From a virus, in IMG/VR virus record IMGVR_UViG_3300020048_000054, positions 1 to 64,000 of that record: a stretch of DNA of 64,000 bases; one strand, 5' to 3'. Below, piece after piece: positions 1 through 10,085 of this stretch. Under the pieces are notes generated by a model, which saw only the letters and a program-made list of their open reading frames with translations, was not told where the DNA came from and did not search any database. Both the position numbers and the translations under genes were made by a program. Position 1 is the stretch's first letter. Each line of letters begins with the position of its first letter.

Positions 1-113
1 ATAGGATATCCCGCATCAGCTAATGCCAAATTTAATGCTTTATAGTGCCAATCACAAGCATCAACTAAAACACCATCAAGATCAAATAAAATTGCTTCAA
101 TTTTTAATGCCAT
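1..113 (-). CDS. HAD-family phosphatase, N-terminal fragment (runs off window edge; not in ORF track)
   Basis: Manual translation from ATG at 113: MALKIEAILFDLDGVLVDACDWHYKALNLALADAGYP, which carries HAD motif I (FDLDGVL). Confidence 0.85.
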   Translation of the reverse strand, partial: MALKIEAILFDLDGVLVDACDWHYKALNLALADAGYP

Positions 114-781
114 TTTTTCATATCATTTCTAATAAGAGAGTGTTTTCCACAATTATATTCCCCATTCATGAATGGAGGATTTAGATTAATATATCTTATT
201 TTAGAAATACCATTACATTTATTTTTTGCTAAATGATACATTAAAAGATCTTCACCATTAACAACACATCCTTCAGAATGATATGAGTGTATATTGTTGT
301 ATACAGAAGAATATACATCCATATCATTTGGTCTTGCAATTGCAAACTGATCATGAACTTCTGTTGCTTGTGTACTAGAACGAGTATCGCAAAAATACAT
401 TTTAGTTATATCTAATTGGTTAAAATCAATTTTGGTATTTAATGCAAAATCAAATCTGCTTCTAATTACCCAATCATATTCTATTTTAGAATGTTTTCTA
501 AGCATATCTGCATATGCAATTGATCTATACATCAATATTGTATTTCTAGCAGGATGACTATCCGAAACTATTCTGTAATTTGGAAAATTATCAAAAATAG
601 AATCTTCTTCGATCAGTGCATCTTTTGGCTTATATAACTCTATAGCATTTCTGTCCCAATTTTTAGCCCATGTATGAAAAAATACATCAACATCATAATG
701 ATTTAATAAATTTTGTTTGATATATTTGTATCCTTCAGATACAGATCTAAGTTGTCCAGATAAAACTAATGCTATTTTCAT
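104..781 (-). CDS. Putative glycosyltransferase-like protein
   Basis: KIALVLSGQLRS N-terminus, VFFHTW, YDWVIRSRFD and DQFA motifs typical of viral glycan-cluster proteins; start moved to 781 (ATGA overlap with upstream stop). Confidence 0.6.
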   Translation of the reverse strand: MKIALVLSGQLRSVSEGYKYIKQNLLNHYDVDVFFHTWAKNWDRNAIELYKPKDALIEEDSIFDNFPNYRIVSDSHPARNTILMYRSIAYADMLRKHSKIEYDWVIRSRFDFALNTKIDFNQLDITKMYFCDTRSSTQATEVHDQFAIARPNDMDVYSSVYNNIHSYHSEGCVVNGEDLLMYHLAKNKCNGISKIRYINLNPPFMNGEYNCGKHSLIRNDMKKWH

Positions 782-1575
782 GACAAATTCCATTTACTGG
801 TGTCTATACGATCATACTGATGAATGATTGAAATAGAAGTTCCATCAATTTGTGGAATTAATGTTTCATCCCATGTTGGTTTTTCTATGAGACTATCTCT
901 AAATTTATGAACACCAACTGTCCCTAAATGAACCATGAGTCCGGCTGAAGGTCTAGTCATGGCAATATTTTCAGAACCAAATTTTGTTCCCATAATAATA
1001 TTAAAAGAAGATTGATCAGAAACGCCAGCAGGGTTGTGGTAACACATAGTAAAAATTAGTAAGCAAAGATCAGCAACTGCTTCTACTGTGCCACAAAGAA
1101 CACCAACATTACATATTTCATTGTTTTTGAATTCTTCATGAACATAACTAAATCCTTCCATCAGATTGCCATTTCCCCAACTTTCATCTTTATAACATAT
1201 AGATTCGCTGCCGCATACTATATCTTTTTTGGTTTTCTTCATTATAGAAAGAAGTTTAGGAAATGGATCATTTGCAAAATAAACATCTCTACTGTCGGTT
1301 ATAACAACATGAGAATACTTATCTTTCACAGACATCAAGTATTTGTACTGCAGCAAAAATCTCATATCGTGAGGTAATTTATTTGTTTGTAGTTTATAAC
1401 CAATTCCTGTTGTGCCATTTTGTTCACAGCTTTTAATCACATCATCATTAGAATTTAGCAATAAATTGCAAACATCGTGTCCTGTATCTTTAGCAGACAT
1501 ATTCCATCGTTTAATTGTATTCCAATCATAACCACTAGATGTTGACAGAAATAGTTTCTTTTTAGTTTCGCTCAT
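778..1575 (-). CDS. Putative GT-A fold glycosyltransferase
   Basis: VVITDSRDVYF, NVGVLCG, SDQ and C-terminal HQYDR motifs; cluster context. Confidence 0.65.
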   Translation of the reverse strand: MSETKKKLFLSTSSGYDWNTIKRWNMSAKDTGHDVCNLLLNSNDDVIKSCEQNGTTGIGYKLQTNKLPHDMRFLLQYKYLMSVKDKYSHVVITDSRDVYFANDPFPKLLSIMKKTKKDIVCGSESICYKDESWGNGNLMEGFSYVHEEFKNNEICNVGVLCGTVEAVADLCLLIFTMCYHNPAGVSDQSSFNIIMGTKFGSENIAMTRPSAGLMVHLGTVGVHKFRDSLIEKPTWDETLIPQIDGTSISIIHQYDRIDTSKWNLS

Positions 1576-1599
1576 AATAAATCTTTCTTAATGTATAAA

Positions 1600-2391
1600 T
1601 TATAGTTCAAATTGTGAAATGTCAATGGAAATTGGAGAATCTTGGTGAATTGCTACTGCATTGTTTCCTTTATACTGAACATTATATTTATTCTTAGTTA
1701 AAAACAAATGTAGTGCATTTTTATCAGATTTAGAATGTTCAAAGTATATTGTTGGTTTAAATTTGTTGATCGAATGTTCTGCACCCATAAACACATCTTC
1801 TTCCATTCCTTCAACATCCACTTTTAATAGGTCTATTCGTTCAAGATTTAAAGAATCAACAGTTATAAGAGGAATTGAATATGAGTCCGAATAGTCTATG
1901 GCTTGACCTATCCATTCACCATTATCTCTTTTCTTAATCTCTAGACTGCCAAATGAACTATTTTTTGAATAATCAACTGTAGGAACATTCATGCTTCCAT
2001 TTTCTTTTCCTACAGCAACATTTTTAGCAGTAACATTAAAACAATTGTTGAGTGCTATAGATCCACATAAAGCATAATAAATGTATTCTTGTGCTTCAAA
2101 TGCATATACATGTCCCCATTCAGACATTAATTGGGCCCACTCAATTGTATGAACACCAATATTAGCACCACAGTCAAGAGCAATAACACCATCACCAAAA
2201 ACTTCTTTGTGTTGTGTTAATATCTGTTTAGTTAAATCAATTTCGGGCATATCGTAATAACCTCTTCTCATAATTTGACTGCCAACGCCCCAAAATGGCA
2301 TTAATTCATCAAATTTATTAAGAATAAGTTTTCCATGATGTGTTTGCATTACCTGAAAAGGTTGCATATTTCTGTTTGTTTTGTTTTTCAT
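1600..2391 (-). CDS. FkbM-family SAM-dependent methyltransferase
   Basis: LDCGANIG, YAFEA and LLKVDVEGME motifs. Confidence 0.9.
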   Translation of the reverse strand: MKNKTNRNMQPFQVMQTHHGKLILNKFDELMPFWGVGSQIMRRGYYDMPEIDLTKQILTQHKEVFGDGVIALDCGANIGVHTIEWAQLMSEWGHVYAFEAQEYIYYALCGSIALNNCFNVTAKNVAVGKENGSMNVPTVDYSKNSSFGSLEIKKRDNGEWIGQAIDYSDSYSIPLITVDSLNLERIDLLKVDVEGMEEDVFMGAEHSINKFKPTIYFEHSKSDKNALHLFLTKNKYNVQYKGNNAVAIHQDSPISIDISQFEL

Positions 2392-2404
2392 AAAATATCC
2401 ATAA

Positions 2405-3061
2405 TTAATTTACAATAGATTCATCCCAATATTGACCACTTAAAGAAGAAGGATGATTTAAACTTTGTGTTGCTAGGGGTGGCTGAAACCAATAATTGTT
2501 TAAAGAAAATTTCTTTACAAGGTAGTTATAATAGTGGTCTGATGGGAGATATACATTTGAGATTTCATTACAAACCTTCTGTGCAAATCTATTGCTTATA
2601 CAAAAAGCATGAGTGCATCTAGAACCTCTGTCTGTTTTATAAACATTTACATTGGGAACTTGTGGTTCTCGAAGATTAAAACAACTACCGACCCAACCAA
2701 TATCCCAATCTTCTGCCATTTGAGACTTATATTTGTTAAAATGTTTTATAAAATTTTTGCATAATACTGCATCATCTTCTAATACCAATACTGATGAATA
2801 CTTCTTTTCTAACATATCTTTAATTATCCAGACATGTTTAAGAGTTAAAGATTTCTCAGCAGATGTCATTTTATTTTCTGGATGATTAATCATTGGATAT
2901 TGTATAGAAATTGATAAATTGTCTATAGTATCTTTATCATAATGTTCCACAAACTGATAATTAGTTATACCAAGATCTTGTAGCTGGTTTAGTATAAATT
3001 GTTTTCTATCTGTTAGTTTAGAATAATGGCAAACATAGATTTGATCTACATGCATTTTCAT
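2405..3061 (-). CDS. Glycosyltransferase family 25-like
   Basis: SLTLKH..W, LVLEDDA, CTHAF and D..Y motifs. Confidence 0.8.
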   Translation of the reverse strand: MKMHVDQIYVCHYSKLTDRKQFILNQLQDLGITNYQFVEHYDKDTIDNLSISIQYPMINHPENKMTSAEKSLTLKHVWIIKDMLEKKYSSVLVLEDDAVLCKNFIKHFNKYKSQMAEDWDIGWVGSCFNLREPQVPNVNVYKTDRGSRCTHAFCISNRFAQKVCNEISNVYLPSDHYYNYLVKKFSLNNYWFQPPLATQSLNHPSSLSGQYWDESIVN

Positions 3062-3744
3062 AAAGAATCTATAACTTTCTTTGTTTGTTGTTCATCTCTC
3101 CAGTGTTTTTTATCTGTATATAATACATCGGACTCTGGGTGCCTAAAGTGAACATATCCATGATAATCCCAAAGATATGCCCTTGTCTTTGTTGTATCTT
3201 TATTATGATTGATAAATTCATCAGTTTTTGTGTAGATGTCATTATCCTTAAAATATTCTTTAATTGACTGAGAATATACAACAGGACCAGTTAATTCTAA
3301 AATATCATTTGTTGTTTTGTTTGTTATATTGAAGATACACTTTTCAATACAAATTTTTAAAATCTCATGATTGGGTGGATAAATTAAACACCACTGAGCA
3401 AATTTTCCATAGTTTTTTTCTCTACTAATAATTGCACAATCATCGATTATTAATTCATCTAATTTGCCATAGATTACAGAATCTATATCCAAATAAACAC
3501 CACCATGTTTAAATAAAATAAGATATCTCCATAAATCTGCTTTTGCAGCACCAACTGTTAGTGATTTATATGCCAAATAAATAGTTTGATTAAAGTTACT
3601 TTTAATAAACTCATCAATATCAGTATCATCATACAACTGATATGAATAATTAAAATTTTGTTCCATCATCAAATTTATAGCATTTTGAATTGGTTCTGGT
3701 ATATCTTTTTTGTACCAAGTTTGATAAATTATTTTTGGTATCAT
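3058..3744 (-). CDS. Glycosyltransferase family 32 (Och1-like, DXD)
   Basis: IPKIIYQTW, KADLWRY, GGVYLDID and TGP motifs. Confidence 0.9.
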   Translation of the reverse strand: MIPKIIYQTWYKKDIPEPIQNAINLMMEQNFNYSYQLYDDTDIDEFIKSNFNQTIYLAYKSLTVGAAKADLWRYLILFKHGGVYLDIDSVIYGKLDELIIDDCAIISREKNYGKFAQWCLIYPPNHEILKICIEKCIFNITNKTTNDILELTGPVVYSQSIKEYFKDNDIYTKTDEFINHNKDTTKTRAYLWDYHGYVHFRHPESDVLYTDKKHWRDEQQTKKVIDSL

Positions 3745-4589
3745 AGTAATCTACATGCAATTTGTTTGCACATTCCTTCCATCGAGAAGTACTCATTATA
3801 CAATTTATGTGCAGTCTTTACCATTTTTTCTATTTGTTTATCAGAATAGCTGGACAATATTTCTTCTAAATCATTTATCTGTTCTGGTTTAATCAATACA
3901 CAAAATTCTGACCAATCTAATTCATCAGACCATGGTAAATAATGAGAGTCAGAAATATAAACTGGCACAGAACCTAATTGCATGGTTTCATATAATCTAA
4001 AACTACTTTTTCCATATCCTCGTGGACATAGAGTAAATTTACTTTTACATGTAAGAGTTTTAAATAGTGTTAAATTCTTTTTTGGAACACTTGCTGCCCA
4101 ATGCTGCTGAAACGAAAAAATAAAATCTTCATGATTTCCCCATTTTTGTAATAAATTATTTCTTATTGGGTGTGTCATTGATCCAACAAACGAACAAAGA
4201 ATTGTCTTAGACTCATTGATAAACTTATCAGTAACCCTAGAACATATTAATGGAATGGGAATAATATTTCCTTGAGTCCTATTACCACCAGCAGAAAAAA
4301 TTAATGTATCTGTTGGTAATTTTTCCATAGGTCCATCATCATGTTGGCATATAGTAAAATACTTTTTATTAGTATCAATACTATTTAAATGTGATTGAAT
4401 ATCTATTGACGCAACTCCATTTGCTGCATTGCAGTAAATATTTGTCCAGAAAATATCGATGTATTCTCTATCGATGTCTGTTTTATTTTCTTTCCACCAA
4501 TTAGAAAAATATTCTTCCAAATAAAAACCAGTATGATATGGTGGATATACTGGATATACGGCAGGAGGTCTTAATTTATCAGTAAACAT
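3741..4589 (-). CDS. Exostosin-like glycosyltransferase (GT47)
   Basis: SFVGS, SKFTLCPRGYG.SSFRLYE...GSVPVYISD...LPW...DW motif. Confidence 0.85.
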   Translation of the reverse strand: MFTDKLRPPAVYPVYPPYHTGFYLEEYFSNWWKENKTDIDREYIDIFWTNIYCNAANGVASIDIQSHLNSIDTNKKYFTICQHDDGPMEKLPTDTLIFSAGGNRTQGNIIPIPLICSRVTDKFINESKTILCSFVGSMTHPIRNNLLQKWGNHEDFIFSFQQHWAASVPKKNLTLFKTLTCKSKFTLCPRGYGKSSFRLYETMQLGSVPVYISDSHYLPWSDELDWSEFCVLIKPEQINDLEEILSSYSDKQIEKMVKTAHKLYNEYFSMEGMCKQIACRLL

Positions 4590-4591
4590 AA

Positions 4592-5356
4592 TTATCCCGT
4601 AATAAATTTAATGTTATCAATATATTCAACGAGTTGATCTGGCACATCATAATGAATTTCAGTTTGTACATTTTCATTTAATTTAACTTGAATGTAGTTT
4701 GGACACAGAAAAGTAACTAACCCAGATTGAATACATCTGCCAATAAAATTATCAACGGGATTAAAAAGTTGATATTGTTTAACAAGTTCAACTAATTTTC
4801 TTGCTCCAGAATTGGTAACAATATATCCAGTTGTTCCCTCCGTTGTTTCCCAATCAAATACTCCAGGTTTCATACTAATATTCATTCTATCTGTTGTTTT
4901 ATTAAATTGTGATTTCCCTTTTGGAAAATTAGGAGAAACGCTTTGACATATTACCATATCGATGTTATCTAAATTTTCTTCATTGGCAAATCTTTGTATT
5001 TCTTTTCCACTAAAATCTGGATCAGCATCATCTTCCAGTATAAAATATGCTTTTTTATTACTATTAATTAAATCTAACCAAAGCAAATAATGGCTAAAGA
5101 AACAACCAACTTCACCTATTTTCATCCATCCCCGCACAGAAAACGCATCACCAATTTTCATATTGGTATTTAAATCAACACACAAATCTTTATAACAAAA
5201 TGTTTTGTTATTTCTTGTTATATTTGTTTTATCAGCAGCATCAAAAAAATCAAAAGAAATGTTTTTTGATTTTAAATTGTCTTGTATTTGGTTTCTTCGA
5301 GGAGAACCAATTCTACTAATAACTTTAACTTGCAATTCATTATTTAAATAAACCAT
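4592..5356 (-). CDS. Glycosyltransferase family 25-like
   Basis: FFDA, GEVGCFFSH..W, ILEDDA, GTTGYIVT..GA.KL and PVD motifs. Confidence 0.85.
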   Translation of the reverse strand: MVYLNNELQVKVISRIGSPRRNQIQDNLKSKNISFDFFDAADKTNITRNNKTFCYKDLCVDLNTNMKIGDAFSVRGWMKIGEVGCFFSHYLLWLDLINSNKKAYFILEDDADPDFSGKEIQRFANEENLDNIDMVICQSVSPNFPKGKSQFNKTTDRMNISMKPGVFDWETTEGTTGYIVTNSGARKLVELVKQYQLFNPVDNFIGRCIQSGLVTFLCPNYIQVKLNENVQTEIHYDVPDQLVEYIDNIKFITG

Positions 5357-6039
5357 AGATTTTCCTGTTTAAATTTATTTATTTTAGTATCAATACCAAC
5401 CATATGGTTATTATGAACTATAACTGCATTTAATTTTTCCCCCAGAGTATAATACACATACCCATTTGGAAATACTTTTTGGTTCAATAATGCACATTCT
5501 TTTGCATATTCTGGTGTGCTTTGAATAATATTATTAATTAAAATTTGATCATCTTCGTCTATATTACTACCACAAATACGAACTATAGCTTCACTAGCTG
5601 GTGTGTTATTAAACACCATAAATCCAGAACAAATAATAGAACCTGGAATATCACATTGAAATAATGTTTTGTCACTGTTCTCAATGAATTTCATCGGGTT
5701 TTGTATAAAAACAATGTCAGTATCAACCCAGCATAATGACTTATACTGTTCATGAATCTGGGAAATAAGTTTCCATTTTGACTTAACTATTTTTCTAAAA
5801 TTACTATTAGGATCAAACGACCAATCTTGATATCCAGTTAGATTATTGTTTTCATAATCTCCATATAAAAACGCACCGGGATAAGTTTTTAATCCCTCAT
5901 ATGAATCTTTGTCCAAACATGCAATGATAAAATCATCAGTATTGAGTCCGACAATTTTGGCGGATTTTAACATATTCTTGCATATTTCCAAACACCCAGA
6001 ATTAAGTTGAGTTAAAAATTTCATTACACTAGTCTCCAC
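5344..6039 (-). CDS. Nucleotide-diphospho-sugar transferase (GT77-like)
   Basis: WVDTDIVF..NP, CSGF, DDQ, FPNG, VHNN and K..K...LW motifs; true start may be the second Met (6024). Confidence 0.8.
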   Translation of the reverse strand: METSVMKFLTQLNSGCLEICKNMLKSAKIVGLNTDDFIIACLDKDSYEGLKTYPGAFLYGDYENNNLTGYQDWSFDPNSNFRKIVKSKWKLISQIHEQYKSLCWVDTDIVFIQNPMKFIENSDKTLFQCDIPGSIICSGFMVFNNTPASEAIVRICGSNIDEDDQILINNIIQSTPEYAKECALLNQKVFPNGYVYYTLGEKLNAVIVHNNHMVGIDTKINKFKQENLWFI

Positions 6040-6866
6040 AAAGTATCATCTGCCATTTCTAAGTTCATAACTCGATTCAAATTCTCATGAACTGCGTTTA
6101 GTTTAGACTGATATAGTTCAGTAGTCAAACTATTAATATTAAATTGTGAATCTAAAACTATAATGCCATTGATATCAAACACATCACCTATTGTTGGGCT
6201 TCCCAAATAAACAGGTATAGTTCCTGTTGCAAAACAATCGGTGATCTTTTCTGTATAGTAGTTGTCATAGAAGTCATTTTCAACAACTACGGAGAACATA
6301 TAATCTTTAAGACCATACATCTTACTCATCCAAGGTTGAGTTGGGTCTGTATCAGGAAGACGAGGAGAACCACAAGCACCACCAAAAAGGTCTAGATGAT
6401 CTTTAAATCGTTCTGCATACCCATGACGAATCATATGTCCTTTAGTAATTCGTTTAGCAGACGCAACCATGTTTACTAATTTAGTTTTAGGGTATACTGA
6501 ATACTGACTCTCAGGTATCCAAGGTAAATTACTGCCAGCTGAGCAATAGTGAAACACCGAAGACAAACTCACTAGCTGTTTATCTGAGACAAATATGCGT
6601 TTAAATTTGTTTTCTAATTCTTTATAATTTTTAGCCAAAAAAATTGAAGTATCAGAAACAATAGAACGAGACTCACATACCCAGCCATATAGATTATTCA
6701 CCTCAATAGGAATTAAATCGTAATGAGGTATTGCATTGTCTATTAATACCAATGTATTTAAATTTTGATGTGGTGGAATTTCCCATTGAAAATTCTTTGG
6801 TTTGCGCGTAGAGCAAGAAGAGTGCTGAGGCTCAAACGGAAATCCCAATCCATATAAAATATTCAT
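6024..6866 (-). CDS. Fucosyltransferase-like protein (GT10)
   Basis: YMFSVVVEN....YYTEKITDCF..GTIPVYLG motif. Confidence 0.8.
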   Translation of the reverse strand: MNILYGLGFPFEPQHSSCSTRKPKNFQWEIPPHQNLNTLVLIDNAIPHYDLIPIEVNNLYGWVCESRSIVSDTSIFLAKNYKELENKFKRIFVSDKQLVSLSSVFHYCSAGSNLPWIPESQYSVYPKTKLVNMVASAKRITKGHMIRHGYAERFKDHLDLFGGACGSPRLPDTDPTQPWMSKMYGLKDYMFSVVVENDFYDNYYTEKITDCFATGTIPVYLGSPTIGDVFDINGIIVLDSQFNINSLTTELYQSKLNAVHENLNRVMNLEMADDTLWRLV

Positions 6867-7522
6867 GAATTAACTCGTAAGAAAGAATCACCAGGCGATT
6901 GCCATTCAATCAGCTCATCGTTATATCCCATGTTTTTTAATACTTCCTTCTTAGATGGCATATCAGATAATCCCATCATGAGTACTGTATTAGAAGTCTG
7001 AGCGCCAGGCCATTGGCAATATTCTTCTCCAAGAATAGCGATCTTTCTTTCTTTGAGATATTTACCTAAGCAGTGTAAAAAAGTTTCATGATCAAATATA
7101 TTGCCTTTAAGTGTTTTGACTTTTTGGCATTCATCTATCCATGTTTTAACAAATTGTAAAGTTTCAATATTGTAATTGAACCAAACAGGAGATGCTTTAA
7201 TTCGCACTAAATTGTTTACATCAGTAGATGCAACTGCAATGTTTACACCCAAAGTACTCAAGTTCTCAAATGCAACAGGTGGTTTGCATATGTAAGTGTC
7301 GATATCCAACCACATTAGTGGTTTTTTATGCTCCATTAGCTTTGAGTATATAAAGCTAGGTTTAATTAGGCAATTGTTTTGATAACTACCTTGCGATTCA
7401 AGATGTACCACATCATATGGCAAAGAAAAGCGAGTACATTCTTCGATGAATCGCTTTGCGTGGTCGCTGTAGTATGTTCTTTCGTCTACATCACAAAAAT
7501 AACTTATCACTTGAGTTTGCAT
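6863..7522 (-). CDS. Putative GT-A glycosyltransferase
   Basis: KPSFI and LMWLDID (DXD) motifs, FDHE; first gene of the cluster. Confidence 0.6.
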   Translation of the reverse strand: MQTQVISYFCDVDERTYYSDHAKRFIEECTRFSLPYDVVHLESQGSYQNNCLIKPSFIYSKLMEHKKPLMWLDIDTYICKPPVAFENLSTLGVNIAVASTDVNNLVRIKASPVWFNYNIETLQFVKTWIDECQKVKTLKGNIFDHETFLHCLGKYLKERKIAILGEEYCQWPGAQTSNTVLMMGLSDMPSKKEVLKNMGYNDELIEWQSPGDSFLRVNS

Positions 7523-7532
7523 AATATAAAGA

Positions 7533-7934
7533 TTACTTTCCGATATGATACTTGGGAATCAGTTCCCATTCCTTTTTTTCCTTATAAGGAATGATTTTCA
7601 ACTGTGCAATACTCAGCTGATTGTCTTTGTATTTATCTGTCAATGGGGTGAGCAATCCCCATTCTGTTAAAAGTTTTACAATTGTATTTCGTCTTCCGAT
7701 ATCGCTTTCGCTAGTATCAGTCTCCAACCCATCAAGAGCTAAAAGCTCCTTGAAGTGAAGTATAACATACCTTCCCCGCTTATGCAAGATATGACAGCTT
7801 TGATATAGTTTTTTTTCTACACGAGAAGAGACACCAATACGCGTGAGAGTTTCTTTGACTTTAAGAAAGTCATCCTCGTGCGCTAAACTGATTTCTACTC
7901 CATACCCCTCAAAAATATCTTCCGTGTGTTCCAT
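7533..7934 (-). CDS. regA: Translational repressor RegA
   Basis: DDFLKVKETLTRIG, LYQSCHILHKRGRYVILHFKEL and KYHIG; start reassigned to the ATG at 7934. Confidence 0.95.
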   Translation of the reverse strand: MEHTEDIFEGYGVEISLAHEDDFLKVKETLTRIGVSSRVEKKLYQSCHILHKRGRYVILHFKELLALDGLETDTSESDIGRRNTIVKLLTEWGLLTPLTDKYKDNQLSIAQLKIIPYKEKKEWELIPKYHIGK

Positions 7935-7939
7935 AGTAA

Positions 7940-7998
7940 AACCATTTCTATAATAATCTGACCCTTTCATTCCAGGCACAGATATGTAGAAAATGGCT
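7940..7998 (-). promoter_or_regulatory. Imperfect long hairpin in the regA leader
   Basis: AGCCATTTTCTA pairs with TAGAAATGGTT and ATCTG with CAGAT; ends 5 nt before the regA ATG. Confidence 0.5.
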
Positions 7999-8383
7999 AC
8001 TTTTGGATGCCACCTTTGAATGTCTGACTTTTGAGCAGTTCTATGTCCTCTGCTGATAAAAGAGGTAGTACTTCCTTGGCTCGAATGTGCGAATAGTCAT
8101 ATGCAAGTTTTAGCATATCCAACAACTCGTTCTCTTCGTCTTTCAACCACTTGCTATATCGCTTACGCTGACGAACCGACAGACGCAGGTAGTCGAAATG
8201 CATTCTCTTTCCAATGGAAGGAAGTTCATTCATCTGATTGCATTGCATAACCGTATCTGGAAAGTACGACAGACACCGATTTATGATATACGGTGTATAC
8301 TCCTTTTCGTTGGGGTTGTTTTCCCCCTCCAATAGGCTTTCCTTTGAGTAATTGATTGCTGTCAGGTAGTCTGTCAGTTTCAT
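7997..8383 (-). CDS. gp62: Clamp loader small subunit
   Basis: YTPYIINRCLSYFPDT..N.MN and RKRYSKW; lies between gp44 and regA. Confidence 0.93.
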   Translation of the reverse strand: MKLTDYLTAINYSKESLLEGENNPNEKEYTPYIINRCLSYFPDTVMQCNQMNELPSIGKRMHFDYLRLSVRQRKRYSKWLKDEENELLDMLKLAYDYSHIRAKEVLPLLSAEDIELLKSQTFKGGIQK

Positions 8384-9318
8384 TTGAACTCACACCCCAT
8401 CATTAGTTCTACAACACAAGCCATTAGATTAATCTCCTGATCTGCAACAAAAGCCGATTTGTATTGATACTCTGCTATAACCAAAATGGCATTTGGAATC
8501 GAAGCAGACTTCAGATGCTCATACAAACCATCATATAGCTTTCGGAATATGTGCTGAGGATCGTTGTCTAGATTAGACACCACCCAAGAACGAACAGAAC
8601 TGAAGTTCTTATCCTTCATATGAGTCATAAGATCCTTGACTCGTAACTCTCCTGCTTCGCTTAAAATACCAATATCAATTGTTCCTGCAGCAGAATATCG
8701 CTGAAGTTCATTCAAAGTCCTCCTGAAGTCAGGAAAGTGCTTTATAATCAATTGTGGTAGCACCTTCTTGTCGAATGTAATCTTCTCTTTGGTGAGAATA
8801 TACTCACAGCGAGACAAGAACTGCTTCGCCATCTCTGGCTTTTCTTTGACTGGAATATTGAAGTCGATACAGGTGCATCGAGAATGAATCGGCTCGATGA
8901 TTCGATTCTTGTAGTTACAAGTAATGATGAATCGGCAGTTCTTTGCAAATTCCTCAATCGCTCCACGAAGAGCTGGTTGAATGGACTGAGCATTTGAATA
9001 GTCGAACTCATCAAGAATTACTACTTTGGTATTGCTAGACAAAGAGATGGTAGAAGCAAACTGCCGAATCTTTGTTCGGAGTGTGTCGATATTACCATCC
9101 TCGGAGCAATTGATAATAATCCAATCAGCACCAAGCTCATTGCATAAGGCACGAGCAACACTCGTCTTTCCCGTTCCTGCTTTGCCAGAAAGCAAAAGAT
9201 TTGGACATTCACCACTAGTAGCGATCTCCTTGAATGTCTTTTTAAGAGACAATGGAAGAACGCATTCATCAATGGTCTTTGGACGATATTTTTCTACAAA
9301 TAGATTAATTTCACTCAT
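8380..9318 (-). CDS. gp44: Clamp loader large subunit (AAA+)
   Basis: VEKYRP, Walker A GKAGTGKT, ILDEFD, SRC and DFRR. Confidence 0.96.
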   Translation of the reverse strand: MSEINLFVEKYRPKTIDECVLPLSLKKTFKEIATSGECPNLLLSGKAGTGKTSVARALCNELGADWIIINCSEDGNIDTLRTKIRQFASTISLSSNTKVVILDEFDYSNAQSIQPALRGAIEEFAKNCRFIITCNYKNRIIEPIHSRCTCIDFNIPVKEKPEMAKQFLSRCEYILTKEKITFDKKVLPQLIIKHFPDFRRTLNELQRYSAAGTIDIGILSEAGELRVKDLMTHMKDKNFSSVRSWVVSNLDNDPQHIFRKLYDGLYEHLKSASIPNAILVIAEYQYKSAFVADQEINLMACVVELMMGCEFK

Positions 9319-9332
9319 AATAAATCTCCAAT

Positions 9333-9362
9333 AAAAAAGGACGATTGGAAACCCAATCGTCC
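9333..9362 (-). terminator. Rho-independent terminator between gp45 and gp44
   Basis: Perfect 10-bp stem GGACGATTGG/CCAATCGTCC with 4-nt loop, followed by TTTTTT on the minus strand. Confidence 0.85.
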
Positions 9363-9383
9363 CTTTAAGACAAAGTTTCCTAG

Positions 9384-10085
9384 TTAAGCAGTATACGAAC
9401 TAGAGGTTTCAAGTGCAACCCAATACTTCAAAGGAATATCCTTATGAGTAAATTGGCTAATAGCAGACTTTGCAATCTTGACTTCGTACTCTCCTGGCAT
9501 AAACTTGAGATTTTCAATACGGAAATCAAACTTGAATGTAGCAGGAGTAGAACAGTCACCCAAATTTACTGTATAACTATTGCAGGTTGGATCCATAAGA
9601 TCACGAACAACTCCGATGATCTTATCACCATCTTCATTCTTAGTAATGGAAAGATGCGGAAGTTGTAGAACAGATGATGCTCGAACGATCTCATCGAACA
9701 GTGCTTCTGTTAGATCAAATGTGATCGCAGCATCTGGCATAGTAATTTTCTTGGTAGGAACCGTAAGAAGCTTCGGTTCTGAATAATAATACTTCAGAAC
9801 AGACTTGTTACTGCTACCACACAATGTCAGAAACTTATTGTGGAATTCAAATTCCGGATCTTTGAACAAGGATACAGTTCCTAGGAACTTATTCATATCC
9901 CAGATACCAAACTCAATATCAAAGATTTCCGAAAGATTTGCTTCTGCCATAATGTTCTTAGCAGGAGCAACGGTTGCAATGCTACTTCCTGGCTTAACAA
10001 GAATGTTAGAATTGATTGAAGTGAAGTTCTTAAGAATCGCCAGTGTTTGTTTTGAAATTTTCATAATGTTTTTAGTAGTTGTCAT
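9384..10085 (-). CDS. gp45: DNA polymerase sliding clamp
   Basis: MKISKQTLAILKNFTSINSNI, FGIWDMNKFL and YWVALE; synteny. Confidence 0.95.
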   Translation of the reverse strand: MTTTKNIMKISKQTLAILKNFTSINSNILVKPGSSIATVAPAKNIMAEANLSEIFDIEFGIWDMNKFLGTVSLFKDPEFEFHNKFLTLCGSSNKSVLKYYYSEPKLLTVPTKKITMPDAAITFDLTEALFDEIVRASSVLQLPHLSITKNEDGDKIIGVVRDLMDPTCNSYTVNLGDCSTPATFKFDFRIENLKFMPGEYEVKIAKSAISQFTHKDIPLKYWVALETSSSYTA

